In this document: positions 45,219 to 53,729 of the stretch, in pieces
How positions within the stretch are numbered: the stretch's first letter is position 1
How the letters are laid out: every line of letters begins with the position of its first letter
From: Candidatus Omnitrophota bacterium
GTDB lineage: Bacteria; Omnitrophota; Gorgyraeia; Aquiviventales; Aquiviventaceae
Length of the DNA stretch: 64,000 bases
Assembly: GCA_023247255.1 (NCBI GenBank)
Contig: JAHFGV010000002.1
Span: 33,835-97,834, forward strand
Direction of reading: 5' to 3'
Made by a program: the position numbers and the translations under genes
Notes under the pieces: model-generated
What the model was told of the DNA's origin: nothing
What the model saw: only the letters and a program-made list of their open reading frames with translations
The model's database searches: none

Positions 45219-46946
45219 ATGTCCGTGCTGAAGACGACCCAAAAAATCGGCGATCTTTTGATCAAAGCCGGCGTGCTCTCGAAAGAACAACTGGACAAGG
45301 CTCTTGAGGTTCAGCGCGGAACGACCAAGCGGATCGGTGAAATCTTGGTGGAGTTGGGACTAGCGACAGAGCTTGAGATTGCTTCCGCTTTGAGCAAGCA
45401 GCTTGGAATTCCCTTTGCCTCCGGCGCATCCGGTTTGCTCAACCCGAAGGAAGACGAAGGACTGGAACAACTGGTGCCTGAGGAGTTTGCCCGGACTCAT
45501 TTGATCCTTCCACTATCCAAGACCCTTCATTCGCTTACGATCGCCTGCGTCAATCCATTGGATCTGATCGCCATAGATAACCTGAGCCGGATCTCTCGCT
45601 GCGAGATCAATCCCGTGGTCACTACCAAGGTAGACGTGGAACGGGCCATCGACAAGTTCTACGGCCATGATTCCATGCTCAGAGAAGCGGTCGGCCACTC
45701 GTATGAGCTGGCTCAAGAAGAAGGATTTACGACTGACGGCGATCAGTCTTTGGATCTGGGCCGTTTGAAGGAGGCGGCGGAAGAAGCCCCGGTCATTCGT
45801 CTGGTGGATCTGATTCTTCGCCAGGCGATCAAGGATAGAGCCAGCGATATCCATATCGAACCGTTCAAGGACCGTATCAGCTTGCGCTACCGGGTCGATG
45901 GCGCTTTGTGCGAGGTCACCTCGCCTGCGAAGTCTTTCAACGCGGCGATCGTTTCGCGTATCAAGATTCTCTGTAAGATGGATATCGCGGAAAAGCGATT
46001 GCCTCAAGATGGAGCCTTCATGATGACTATGGAGGGGCGATCCATCGATTTTCGCGTCAATAGCGTCCCGACGATTTATGGCGAGAAAGTCGTCATCCGG
46101 ATTCTCGACAAGTCGCCCGCTTTGTTGGATTTAAGTCGCCTGGGTTTTGACGAGCGTTCCCTTACCGTTTTTAGAGAGGCCATCCACGATCCCTACGGTC
46201 TTATCTTGATCACAGGACCAACCGGATCCGGAAAGTCCACGACGCTCTATGCGGTCCTCAACGAGATTAACGCTCCCTCCAAGAATATTCTCACCATCGA
46301 AGATCCTGTGGAGTACCGACTGTCCGGGGTCAATCAAATTCAGGCCAAGACGGATATCGGCCTAAGTTTTGCGGCAGGGTTGCGCGCGTTCATGCGCCAG
46401 GATCCGGATATCATCATGGTGGGAGAGACCCGGGACAAGGAGACCGCGGAGATTTGCATCCGGGCTTCATTAACCGGACATTTGGTGTTCACCACGTTGC
46501 ATACCAACGATGCCCCCAGCGCGGTTACTCGATTGGTGGATATCGGCATCGCGCCTTATCTGCTTTCCTCGACCCTTCGTCTGGTGGTGGCCCAACGGTT
46601 GCTGCGCAAGCTGTGCGACCATTGCAAGGAAGCGTATGAACCGATCGATCCTCTTCGAAAACAATTCGGGATCATGGAGGAGCTTTTGTACCGTCCTAAA
46701 GGTTGCGATCAGTGCGCGTCCTCCAGCGCCAACAAAGGCTACCGAGGGCGTATCGGCGTTTATGAAGTGATGCCCATCACACGGGAAATTCGTGATGGGA
46801 TCGCCAAAGGTGTCGCACCGCATACGCTCAAAGATCTTTCTGTAGCCTCAGGCATGAGCACCCTGTGGTCCGATGGCCTGCGCAAGGTGCGGCTTGGGAT
46901 CACAAGCCTTGAGGAATTGGAAGGCGTCGTCTTGTTGGAGGCTTAG
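45219..46946 (+). CDS. pilB: type IV pilus assembly ATPase PilB (GspE family)
   Basis: N-terminal T2SSE_N/MshEN-like domain, Walker A GPTGSGKST, tetracysteine CDHC...GCDQC motif. ATG 45219 has RBS gaggaaa. Upstream ATG 45180 lies inside the repeat. Confidence 0.9.
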   Translation: MSVLKTTQKIGDLLIKAGVLSKEQLDKALEVQRGTTKRIGEILVELGLATELEIASALSKQLGIPFASGASGLLNPKEDEGLEQLVPEEFARTHLILPLSKTLHSLTIACVNPLDLIAIDNLSRISRCEINPVVTTKVDVERAIDKFYGHDSMLREAVGHSYELAQEEGFTTDGDQSLDLGRLKEAAEEAPVIRLVDLILRQAIKDRASDIHIEPFKDRISLRYRVDGALCEVTSPAKSFNAAIVSRIKILCKMDIAEKRLPQDGAFMMTMEGRSIDFRVNSVPTIYGEKVVIRILDKSPALLDLSRLGFDERSLTVFREAIHDPYGLILITGPTGSGKSTTLYAVLNEINAPSKNILTIEDPVEYRLSGVNQIQAKTDIGLSFAAGLRAFMRQDPDIIMVGETRDKETAEICIRASLTGHLVFTTLHTNDAPSAVTRLVDIGIAPYLLSSTLRLVVAQRLLRKLCDHCKEAYEPIDPLRKQFGIMEELLYRPKGCDQCASSSANKGYRGRIGVYEVMPITREIRDGIAKGVAPHTLKDLSVASGMSTLWSDGLRKVRLGITSLEELEGVVLLEA

Positions 46947-46974
46947 CGTGTCATGTTCCAAGAGGTAGAGTAAC

Positions 46975-48207
46975 ATGCCGACTTTTGTCTACAGTGCAAG
47001 AGACCAACGCGGGGTCGTCCAAACCGGCCGTCTGGATGCCGTCAATGAAGATGACGTGATTGCCCAGCTCCAGCATCGAGGCCTTCTCATTACCTCTGTG
47101 GAGCGGAAGGACTCCCAGCAGGGCGTTAAGACCATCCATCGCTCCAGAAAACCCCGCCGCATGCACGCGGGGGTTAAGACCGAGGATCATGTCATATTTT
47201 GCCAGCAGCTTGCAACCATGGTTGAGGCCGGTGTTCCACTCTTGAAGGGTCTTCGGGTCGTATCCTCTCAGGTGGAAAGTCGCAAGATGCTTCTCGTTTT
47301 GGAAGAGGTTCGTCGGGATGTCGAGGCCGGACGCACCTTTCGGGAGGCTTTGGCCAAGCACCCCGCTGTTTTTTCCTCTCTCTGGCTGAATCTCGTTGAA
47401 ACCGGAGAGGCCAGCGGACATCTGGCTCAATCCCTTCAGCAGTTGTCTCGCCATTTTGAGGCTGCCCAGCATCTTCAGAATGAGGCAAAGACCGCCATGA
47501 CCTATCCGGCTTTTCTGATGGTGGCTGCCGTCGGGGTGCTTGCGTTTTTTGTATACTGGCTCATCCCCAAGTTCACCGCCATCTTCGCCTCTATGGATCT
47601 CGATCTGCCTCCCCTCACCCGTGCGGTCATTACTTTCAGTGAAGCTGGCCGTCGGTATTTCGTGTTCATCATCTTGGGAATCGCCGGGTTGGTCTATTTA
47701 ATCCGCCGTTATCTGCGCACAGAAGCAGGGCAATGGATGCGGGACCGCGCCATGCTGCGCCTGCCTTTGTTTAACACCCTTTTTTCCTACATTCACCTTG
47801 CCGAATTTTCCCGCGGTCTTTCCACGCTTTTAGAAAGCGGCGTTCCTCTTCTGTCTGCCTTGACGATTTTGGAGAATAGTGCTACAAACAAAGTTTATGG
47901 CGCAGCAGTCACTCGCGTGAAGCAAGCGGTTCAGGAAGGCCAGACCATGGCCGATCCCATGGCTCAAGAAGACATCTTCCCGCCTATGGCCGTTCAGATG
48001 GTGCAGGTCGGCGAAGAGGTGGGTGAGCTTTCCAAGATGGCGGATCGCATTGCCAAGTATTACGAAGGCCGGGTGGAGATTTTCATCGGCCGGATGACGC
48101 GGCTCTTTGAGCCTATCGCGATTGTGGTCATGGGCGCGATGGTCATGGTCATCGTCCTTTCGATCTTCATGCCCATCTTCAAGATGGCAGGCTCCTTTAA
48201 AGGATAA
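46975..48207 (+). CDS. pilC: type IV pilus platform protein PilC (GspF family)
   Basis: Two T2SSF repeats and three TM segments; 410 aa. Confidence 0.9.
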   Translation: MPTFVYSARDQRGVVQTGRLDAVNEDDVIAQLQHRGLLITSVERKDSQQGVKTIHRSRKPRRMHAGVKTEDHVIFCQQLATMVEAGVPLLKGLRVVSSQVESRKMLLVLEEVRRDVEAGRTFREALAKHPAVFSSLWLNLVETGEASGHLAQSLQQLSRHFEAAQHLQNEAKTAMTYPAFLMVAAVGVLAFFVYWLIPKFTAIFASMDLDLPPLTRAVITFSEAGRRYFVFIILGIAGLVYLIRRYLRTEAGQWMRDRAMLRLPLFNTLFSYIHLAEFSRGLSTLLESGVPLLSALTILENSATNKVYGAAVTRVKQAVQEGQTMADPMAQEDIFPPMAVQMVQVGEEVGELSKMADRIAKYYEGRVEIFIGRMTRLFEPIAIVVMGAMVMVIVLSIFMPIFKMAGSFKG

Positions 48208-48217
48208 AATCTGAGGA

Positions 48218-48305
48218 ATTTTCGATTGTCGATTTGCGATTGTCGATTGGAAAAAAGTTTTTGGCTGTGAATCGAGAATCCGGAATTGGCAATCGACGAT
48301 TCATC
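48218..48305. repeat. palindromic TCGATTGTCGATT-family element
   Basis: aattttcgattgtcgatttgcgattgtcgattgg...aatcgagaatccggaattggcaatcgacgattc. Confidence 0.65.
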
Positions 48306-48360
48306 AGTAAGTTATGACAACAGAAAGGAGGGAGAACACACATCAGAGATAGAATGTGGT

Positions 48361-48424
48361 ATTTTCGATTGTCGATGGGTTAGGATAGAAAGGTTTTTCA
48401 ATCGAAGATCTAAAATCGACAATA
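48361..48424. repeat. palindromic TCGATTGTCGATT-family element
   Basis: attttcgattgtcgatgg...ttcaatcgaagatctaaaatcgacaat. Confidence 0.65.
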
Positions 48425-48505
48425 ACTAAGTAGTGGTTTATTGTTCGGCTCATTGTTGAGGATGGCTTCTTAGACATGACAATAGGAAGAACCTAGGAGG
48501 AAACA

Positions 48506-48964
48506 ATGAAGAGAAAAAGCGGGTTTACGTTGCTTGAGTTGTTGATGGTCGTCATCATCATTGCAATCTTGGCTTCCATCGCTTTGCCTCAGTTCATGCG
48601 TGCGTCCGAGCGCGCCCGTGCCACCGAGGCGATTCAACTACTCGGCCAGATCCGCACGGCGGAAAATCGATACAAGTCCCAGAATGATCTAAACAACTAC
48701 TCCGATGTCGTGGGTGATCTGGACTTTGATCTGCCGACATCAACTCGGTTCTGGAATTGGACGGGTGCTGCAGTAGGTGTAGCTCCTGCATTCAATGTCA
48801 ATGAGACGAATGCAGCGGCTGGAACCCCAGCAACAGGCATGGCAGAAGCAGCTAGAAGTTCAGGGCAGTATATAGGAGAAATCGTTGGCATCCAATTTGG
48901 GACGGGGACCATTTGTGGTAACTTTACTCCCATGATGCCGCTAGTGGCTTGTGTGGAGGACTGA
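48506..48964 (+). CDS. type IV major pilin paralog 1
   Basis: RBS aggagg. Leader MKRKSG|FTLLELL. Conserved alpha1 helix ...ALPQFMRASERARATEA. C-terminal GIQFGTGTICGNFTP...AC disulfide loop. Confidence 0.85.
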   Translation: MKRKSGFTLLELLMVVIIIAILASIALPQFMRASERARATEAIQLLGQIRTAENRYKSQNDLNNYSDVVGDLDFDLPTSTRFWNWTGAAVGVAPAFNVNETNAAAGTPATGMAEAARSSGQYIGEIVGIQFGTGTICGNFTPMMPLVACVED

Positions 48965-49034
48965 TCCGTTTCAAGAGAATTGCGTAAGCACGCGATTCTG
49001 GCAAGCAAGAGAATCTTGCCATGGTGGTTGGACT

Positions 49035-49148
49035 TCTAGGCTCTGGGTTGAGGGTTCAGGGTAAATACACCACCGCTCATCGGTGAGACGGGTCCTGGCC
49101 CCCAGCCCAGAACCCCGAACCGACTGGCGTTTTTCAGCAGCCTGCTGA
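49035..49148. repeat. second copy of the ~115-bp pilQ-leader repeat
   Basis: See 43195-43322. Located between pilin paralogs 1 and 2 and followed directly by the hairpin element. Confidence 0.6.
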
Positions 49149-49199
49149 TACAAACGAATTATCTAACGCGACGATGCCAGAGGATAATTCGTTTGTATC
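49147..49199. repeat. second copy of the 54-bp hairpin element
   Basis: gatacaaacgaattatctaacgcgacgatgccagaggataattcgtttgtatc. Confidence 0.6.
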
Positions 49200-49346
49200 A
49201 GTGGGTATGAGTGGAAGGTTACGTAGACAAGGGCTTTGAGAAAGGTAGTCTGCTAGGGGGAGGTGAGCCTGTTATTGAATCTCGCAGAATCATTTGGTAC
49301 GATCTCTCAACGATAAATCAGTTTCATTCCTTCCGTGAGCTGCAAT

Positions 49347-49826
49347 ATGATTAAAATTAGGGTTAGAAGAAAGGGCGGCTTCACTCTCCTTGAAATGCTA
49401 ACAGTCGTTATCATCATCGCCATCCTTACCTCGATTGCCCTGCCGCAGTTCATGCGGGCTTCCGAGCGCGTCCGTGCAGCAGAGGCCATTCAAATATTGG
49501 GTCAGATTCGCGGCTCCCAGCATCGGCACAAGGCTATGAGTCTCGCCAACGACTATACCAACGACGTGACAGCATTAGATGTGGACTTACCTCAAGATAA
49601 GACAGGTGCTCCGATTACCAATATCTGGGATTGGACCCCTGCGATCCTGAATAGCAACATGTCCGTAAGCCATACTGCTCCGTTCTTCGCCACAGGCTAT
49701 GTAGCGGTTCCAAGAAATAGTGGTCAGTATAAGGGTGAGCTCTTAGGTATACAATTCGGGACAGGAACATTGTGTGGTGATTTCACCCCTTACGGAGGCA
49801 CAATCATCGCCTGTGGTGAGGATTAA
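49347..49826 (+). CDS. type IV major pilin paralog 2
   Basis: Leader MIKIRVRRKGG|FTLLEML. The same SERxRAAEA helix and CGDFTP C-terminal loop. GTG 49335 is an alternative start. Confidence 0.8.
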   Translation: MIKIRVRRKGGFTLLEMLTVVIIIAILTSIALPQFMRASERVRAAEAIQILGQIRGSQHRHKAMSLANDYTNDVTALDVDLPQDKTGAPITNIWDWTPAILNSNMSVSHTAPFFATGYVAVPRNSGQYKGELLGIQFGTGTLCGDFTPYGGTIIACGED

Positions 49827-49923
49827 ATCAGTGACCAGTGAGAAGCTCTGCGAGAATACACTCCACGCAATTCAAAAGAGGCGGATCACGGAAGGACTCA
49901 CCAGAAAGAGGAGGTGATTCAAG

Positions 49924-50412
49924 ATGAGGAGACTGGGTTTTACCTTGATTGAGCTTCTGACTGTCGTCATCATCTTGGGTGTTTTAGCCGCTGCCGCCCT
50001 GCCACAGTATATGAAAGCCGTAGAGGCATCCCGTGCCGGTGAGGCGCTGAGCATGCTTACGGCGTTGCGTCGTGCCGCCCTTCGTTACCAGCTCCAGCAT
50101 GATCAGGCACACTTCCCAATAGATTCAGAAGTCACTAACGGCATATTGGATGTTGAATGGTACATTGATACTACTACGAATGGCAAGTTTGATGCCGGTG
50201 AGACACTACTCATGCAGTATTGGACATTTAATCCGAGTACTGACTACGATGTGGATAATAGCGTTTCTCCCAGTATAGGACATATCCAAACGGTACGTAA
50301 AAGTGGTACGAACATAGGTAAAACCATTGGTGTTGAACTTAACAGTGGGGATACCTGTGGTGATTTTCCTGCAGCTTCGATTGTTGCACCCGGTGCTTGT
50401 GCCAATAACTAA
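49924..50412 (+). CDS. type IV major pilin paralog 3
   Basis: RBS gaggaggtga. Leader MRRLG|FTLIELL. YMKAVEASRAGEA helix. C-terminal GDTCGDFP...GACANN loop. Confidence 0.85.
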   Translation: MRRLGFTLIELLTVVIILGVLAAAALPQYMKAVEASRAGEALSMLTALRRAALRYQLQHDQAHFPIDSEVTNGILDVEWYIDTTTNGKFDAGETLLMQYWTFNPSTDYDVDNSVSPSIGHIQTVRKSGTNIGKTIGVELNSGDTCGDFPAASIVAPGACANN

Positions 50413-50424
50413 TCCTCCAGAGAG

Positions 50425-50898
50425 GTGAAGAAAATGGGAAGGAGATCTTTTACACTACCAGAACTATTAGTAGTAGTCGTTGTCCTTGCTGTTCTAGCAT
50501 CAATGGCCATTCCAGAGTACATCAAAGCGGTGGAGAAAAGCCGCGCCGCTGAGGCCCTGGATGCCTTAGGAGCGATTCGCCAATCTGTGAAACGTTACCG
50601 TTGGGCCAATTCTACTGGTATATATCCAGATAACGCTGCTGATCTTGACATTGGTGCGACCAATCTGAAGTATTGGGATAGCCTTAATCTTGACAACAAT
50701 AGCGATGGTACTGGTGCCAGTGCTAAAGGCTACGCAGACTACCAGCGCAATGGCGGTAACTTTGACAATAGACACCTGGGAATAACCTTTGGGACCGGTA
50801 TACTTTGTGGAGACTTTGTGCCTATGGGACTGATTCTAACCGCTGGTAAGACATGGCAGGACGACCCCAACGTAGGCTGTGTTACAAAACGCAATTGA
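50425..50898 (+). CDS. type IV major pilin paralog 4 (atypical Ser at -1, Pro at +4)
   Basis: RBS gagaggtga. MKKMGRRS|FTLPELL. YIKAVEKSRAAEA helix. GILCGDFVP loop. Confidence 0.75.
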   Translation: MKKMGRRSFTLPELLVVVVVLAVLASMAIPEYIKAVEKSRAAEALDALGAIRQSVKRYRWANSTGIYPDNAADLDIGATNLKYWDSLNLDNNSDGTGASAKGYADYQRNGGNFDNRHLGITFGTGILCGDFVPMGLILTAGKTWQDDPNVGCVTKRN

Positions 50899-50933
50899 TA
50901 GAATAGGGTATGAGTTAGGTGGGGATTTATCCC

Positions 50934-51374
50934 ATGCCGAAAGGCTTAGCTGGTTTTACCCTGCTTGAGCTATTGAGTGTGGTGATTATCATCGCTGTCC
51001 TTACGACGGCAGCGATTCCGGAGTACATGAAGGCGGTTGAGCGCTCGCGCGCGGCGGAGGCCCTGACCCTTTTGGGTGCGATTCGCGTTTCTGAGCAACG
51101 CTACAAGGCCCAGTCCCCAGGCGATACGTATACGGCCGCCTTTAGCGAGTTGGACATACAGTTTCCTGTCGGTGGTACACAAAGCTGGGGTGCTGAAACT
51201 CCTGCCGGTGGGAATCCTCCAAATCCTCCAGAGAACTTCAGCCTTACGACTTCTCGTGCTCGGCTGACACGCAAGGGGGGGACCTACAACGATCAAGTGC
51301 TGGGAATGATTTTTGATACTGGCGCTCTGTGCGGCGACTTCGTCCCCCTCAGCGTGAGCGTCGGCTGTCCTTAG
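50934..51374 (+). CDS. type IV major pilin paralog 5
   Basis: Leader MPKGLAG|FTLLELL. YMKAVERSRAAEA helix. GALCGDFVP...GCP C-terminus. GTG 50919 is an alternative start. Confidence 0.8.
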   Translation: MPKGLAGFTLLELLSVVIIIAVLTTAAIPEYMKAVERSRAAEALTLLGAIRVSEQRYKAQSPGDTYTAAFSELDIQFPVGGTQSWGAETPAGGNPPNPPENFSLTTSRARLTRKGGTYNDQVLGMIFDTGALCGDFVPLSVSVGCP

Positions 51375-51470
51375 TTCTTCCTGCTTTCCTCCTGCATGTT
51401 CAACCTCCCAGTTTTGTAGAAGCATAGGTATCTATGCTACAATCGTTCGAGCCGAAGTAGATTTGGAAGA

Positions 51471-51512
51471 CGGCTGTTCAATCGAAAATCGACAATCATC
51501 AATCGACAATTC
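51471..51512. repeat. half copy of palindromic TCGATTG-family element (right arm only)
   Basis: gacggctgttcaatcgaaaatcgacaatcatcaatcgacaattcc. Confidence 0.5.
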
Positions 51513-51616
51513 CATGGGGGAGACATCCCGCCCACCCGATCGTTGAAGCAAACCAACTGGGCCCATGCCTTCGGCTGTGGGCCCGATGGCGGGGAGGAGT
51601 CCCACAAGATGAGTTT

Positions 51617-51746
51617 GTGGCACTGATAACCTCTCCCCTCTCAAGGAATCATGAAACTGCCTTGGAATTTTCGATTGTCGATTTTGGATTTTCGATTGGA
51701 AGACGGCTGTTCAAACGAAAATCGACAATCGTCAATCGACAATTCC
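51617..51746. repeat. composite repeat: ~45-bp block plus palindromic TCGATTG-family element (near-duplicate of 58517-58646)
   Basis: gtggcactgataacctctcccctctcaaggaatcatgaaactgcc followed by ttttcgattgtcgattttggattttcgattggaagacggctgttcaaacgaaaatcgacaatcgtcaatcgacaattcc. Confidence 0.65.
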
Positions 51747-51889
51747 ACGGAATGAGTTTGTGGCATTCAAGAACACGCTCCGCGTGGGTCGACATCCCGC
51801 CCACCCATTGGCTGTTCTGCCGTGTCACCTACGGCTTTCGGCGTGGCGCAATGGCGGGGTCGAAATTAATTCGCGGAGGCAAAATTCTT

Positions 51890-51962
51890 GGGGCAGTAGC
51901 TCAGTTGGGAGAGCGCGACATTCGCATTGTCGAGGCCAGGGGTTCGATCCCCCTCTGCTCCA
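51890..51962 (+). tRNA. tRNA-Ala (anticodon CGC)
   Basis: Acceptor ggggcag/ctgctcc with the G3:U70 Ala identity pair, anticodon loop ttcgcat, T-loop ttcgatc, 73 nt. Confidence 0.8.
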
Positions 51963-52318
51963 TTTCTAAACGTCTTGGGGATCGAAGGGAGCCGAGCCTT
52001 CTTTCCTCAACGTCGCCGCGACTTATGGGAGCGGCGACAATCCACTTGGCGAGGCGAGTGCCCGACCGGAGCCCGAACGAAGTGAGGGCGAAGGCGGCGA
52101 TCCCCCTCTGCTCCATTTCTAGACGTCTTGGGGATCGAAGGTCAAGCGCCCGTCGCGCTCGACATTCCGCGGCTGCCACGATGGCAGCCGCTTCAGGAGC
52201 ACCGAGCCTTCGACCAATGAAGAGAGCCGAAGGAATTGTCGATTGATGATTGTCGATTTTCGATTGAACGAAGGTTTTTTAATCGACAATCCAAAATCGA
52301 CAATCGAAAATTCAAAAA
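51950..52318 (+). repeat. tRNA-Ala 3'-end duplication module (copies at 51950-51995 and 52097-52145; motif cccgaccggagcccgaacgaagtgagggcgaaggcggc) followed by palindromic element 52233-52312
   Basis: gatccccctctgctccatttcta.acgtcttggggatcgaagg is duplicated. Same architecture as the Thr and Gly modules at 4436-5612. Confidence 0.7.
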
Positions 52319-52544
52319 GGGAACGCCGACAACCGAGGCCGAAGGCCAAGGAAGTACCGCAATCAGGCAGACGATTGCGGTACCTCCGCTGCTCCACCCT
52401 GCTTAACATAGGTTGCAATATATTATACTACGACCCTCGTTTCACGTTCGTGACGGCCCACGCTAATAAAAACTCTTGAGGTCACATCCGTTCATTGACG
52501 ACTACAGCACGGACATGCTACCCTTTCAAGCAGGAGGAAACGCC

Positions 52545-52739
52545 ATGAGCACAAGCGTAGAGGAGCAGTACGTGATCAATCCAGCTGGCAAGAAGACTGC
52601 GGTCATCTTGTCACTTAAGCAGTACCAGCGCATACAGGAAGATCTTCACGACTTAGCAGTCGTTGCTGAGCGTCGAGAGGAAAAAGCCATTAGCCTAAAG
52701 GAGATGGAACGGCGACTGAAGAAGGATGACCTCTTATAG
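52545..52739 (+). CDS. type II antitoxin, Phd/YefM-like
   Basis: RBS aggagga. KKTAVILSLKQYQRIQEDLHDLAVV resembles the Phd/YefM core. Overlaps the downstream RelE/ParE reading frame by 14 nt. Confidence 0.65.
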   Translation: MSTSVEEQYVINPAGKKTAVILSLKQYQRIQEDLHDLAVVAERREEKAISLKEMERRLKKDDLL

Positions 52740-52992
52740 TCTCGTCTTCAAGCCGTCGGTCGAAAAGGATTTCCGCTGTCTCTCCCATGAAGTTGTACCC
52801 CGCCTGACGAAGAAGGTCGAAGAGCTCCGGACAAATCCTTTTCCCCATCAGGCCGAGAGGCTCTCGGGTGCCGAACGGCTCTATCGGATTCGTATCGGAG
52901 ACTAGCGGGTTGTCTACGAGGTCGACACGCATCTCAAGCAGATCACCATCCATCACATACGGCACCGCCGAGAGGTCTATCGAGCACTATGA
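52726..52992 (+). pseudogene. RelE/ParE-family toxin gene interrupted by in-frame TAG at codon 60 (52903-52905)
   Basis: Conceptual translation ...AERLSGAERLYRIRIGD*RVVYEVDTHLKQITIHHIRHRREVYRAL matches the RelE/ParE signature YRIRVGDYRVIY...HRREVY, with the conserved Tyr codon replaced by TAG. Confidence 0.65.
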
Positions 52993-53729
52993 TGCCGCGT
53001 GTGTTTATCCCCACACATCAAATCCACGGCTCCGTCATAACGATTGATGATGCGCGACAGATCCATCATCTTCGCGATGTGCTGCGTCTGAAGATGGGCG
53101 ATGGCATCATTTGTTGCGACAGTCAGGGAACAGAACACAGGGGTCTGATCCGCTTTGAGTCCAAAGACCGACTGGAAGTCGAACTTCAAGGATCTAGCCT
53201 TGTTGCGAAACAGTCCGTTTCCATCTGGTTGGCTGCGGCCCTCATCAAAGCGAATCGCTTCGATTGGTTGGTGCAAAAAGCGACAGAGTTAGGCGTTTCA
53301 AGAATCAGCCCTCTGGTTACTCGTTACACCGTGATTCGTCTTAGACAAGAACAGGCAAGATCAAAGTGCGCACGGTGGCAACGCATCGCCCAAGAAGCCG
53401 CCAAGCAATGCGGTCGGAAGACCCTGCCCATCGTCGACGTCCCTGAGCCCATGGGACGACTGCTTGAGCAGACTAAGCAAAGCCCTCTTGTGCTTATCCC
53501 CACCTTGGTCAAGGAGGCCATTCCTCTTTCGGAGGTTTTGAAAAGCTCGGGTGCCGCTCGTGAAGTGGTGGTTTTCATCGGGCCGGAGGGGGATTTTAGT
53601 GAAGAAGAGCTGCGCCTGGCCCGATCCTTCGGTGCAAGGCCCGTGTCCTTGGGATCTCTGACGCTGCGTTCGGAGACCGCCGCTGTTGCCGCAGTTGCGA
53701 TTCTACAATACAGCCTGGGGGGCCTGTGA
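52989..53729 (+). CDS. rsmE: 16S rRNA (uracil1498-N3)-methyltransferase
   Basis: PUA-like N-domain and SPOUT C-domain with FIGPEGDFSEEEL motif. Confidence 0.85.
   Translation: MMPRVFIPTHQIHGSVITIDDARQIHHLRDVLRLKMGDGIICCDSQGTEHRGLIRFESKDRLEVELQGSSLVAKQSVSIWLAAALIKANRFDWLVQKATELGVSRISPLVTRYTVIRLRQEQARSKCARWQRIAQEAAKQCGRKTLPIVDVPEPMGRLLEQTKQSPLVLIPTLVKEAIPLSEVLKSSGAAREVVVFIGPEGDFSEEELRLARSFGARPVSLGSLTLRSETAAVAAVAILQYSLGGL

Noticed and set aside
51617-52246. 209-aa ORF and the similar 58517-58759 ORF with matching N-termini (MALITSPLSRNHETALEF... and MALVTSPLPRHHETTFEF...).
   Set aside because: The similarity is due to the composite DNA repeat. The 51617 ORF runs straight through tRNA-Ala and its downstream module.
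52350-52385. Hairpin gtaccgcaatc...gattgcggtac, considered as a Rho-independent terminator of the tRNA-Ala module.
   Set aside because: No U-tract follows; it is kept only as an observation.
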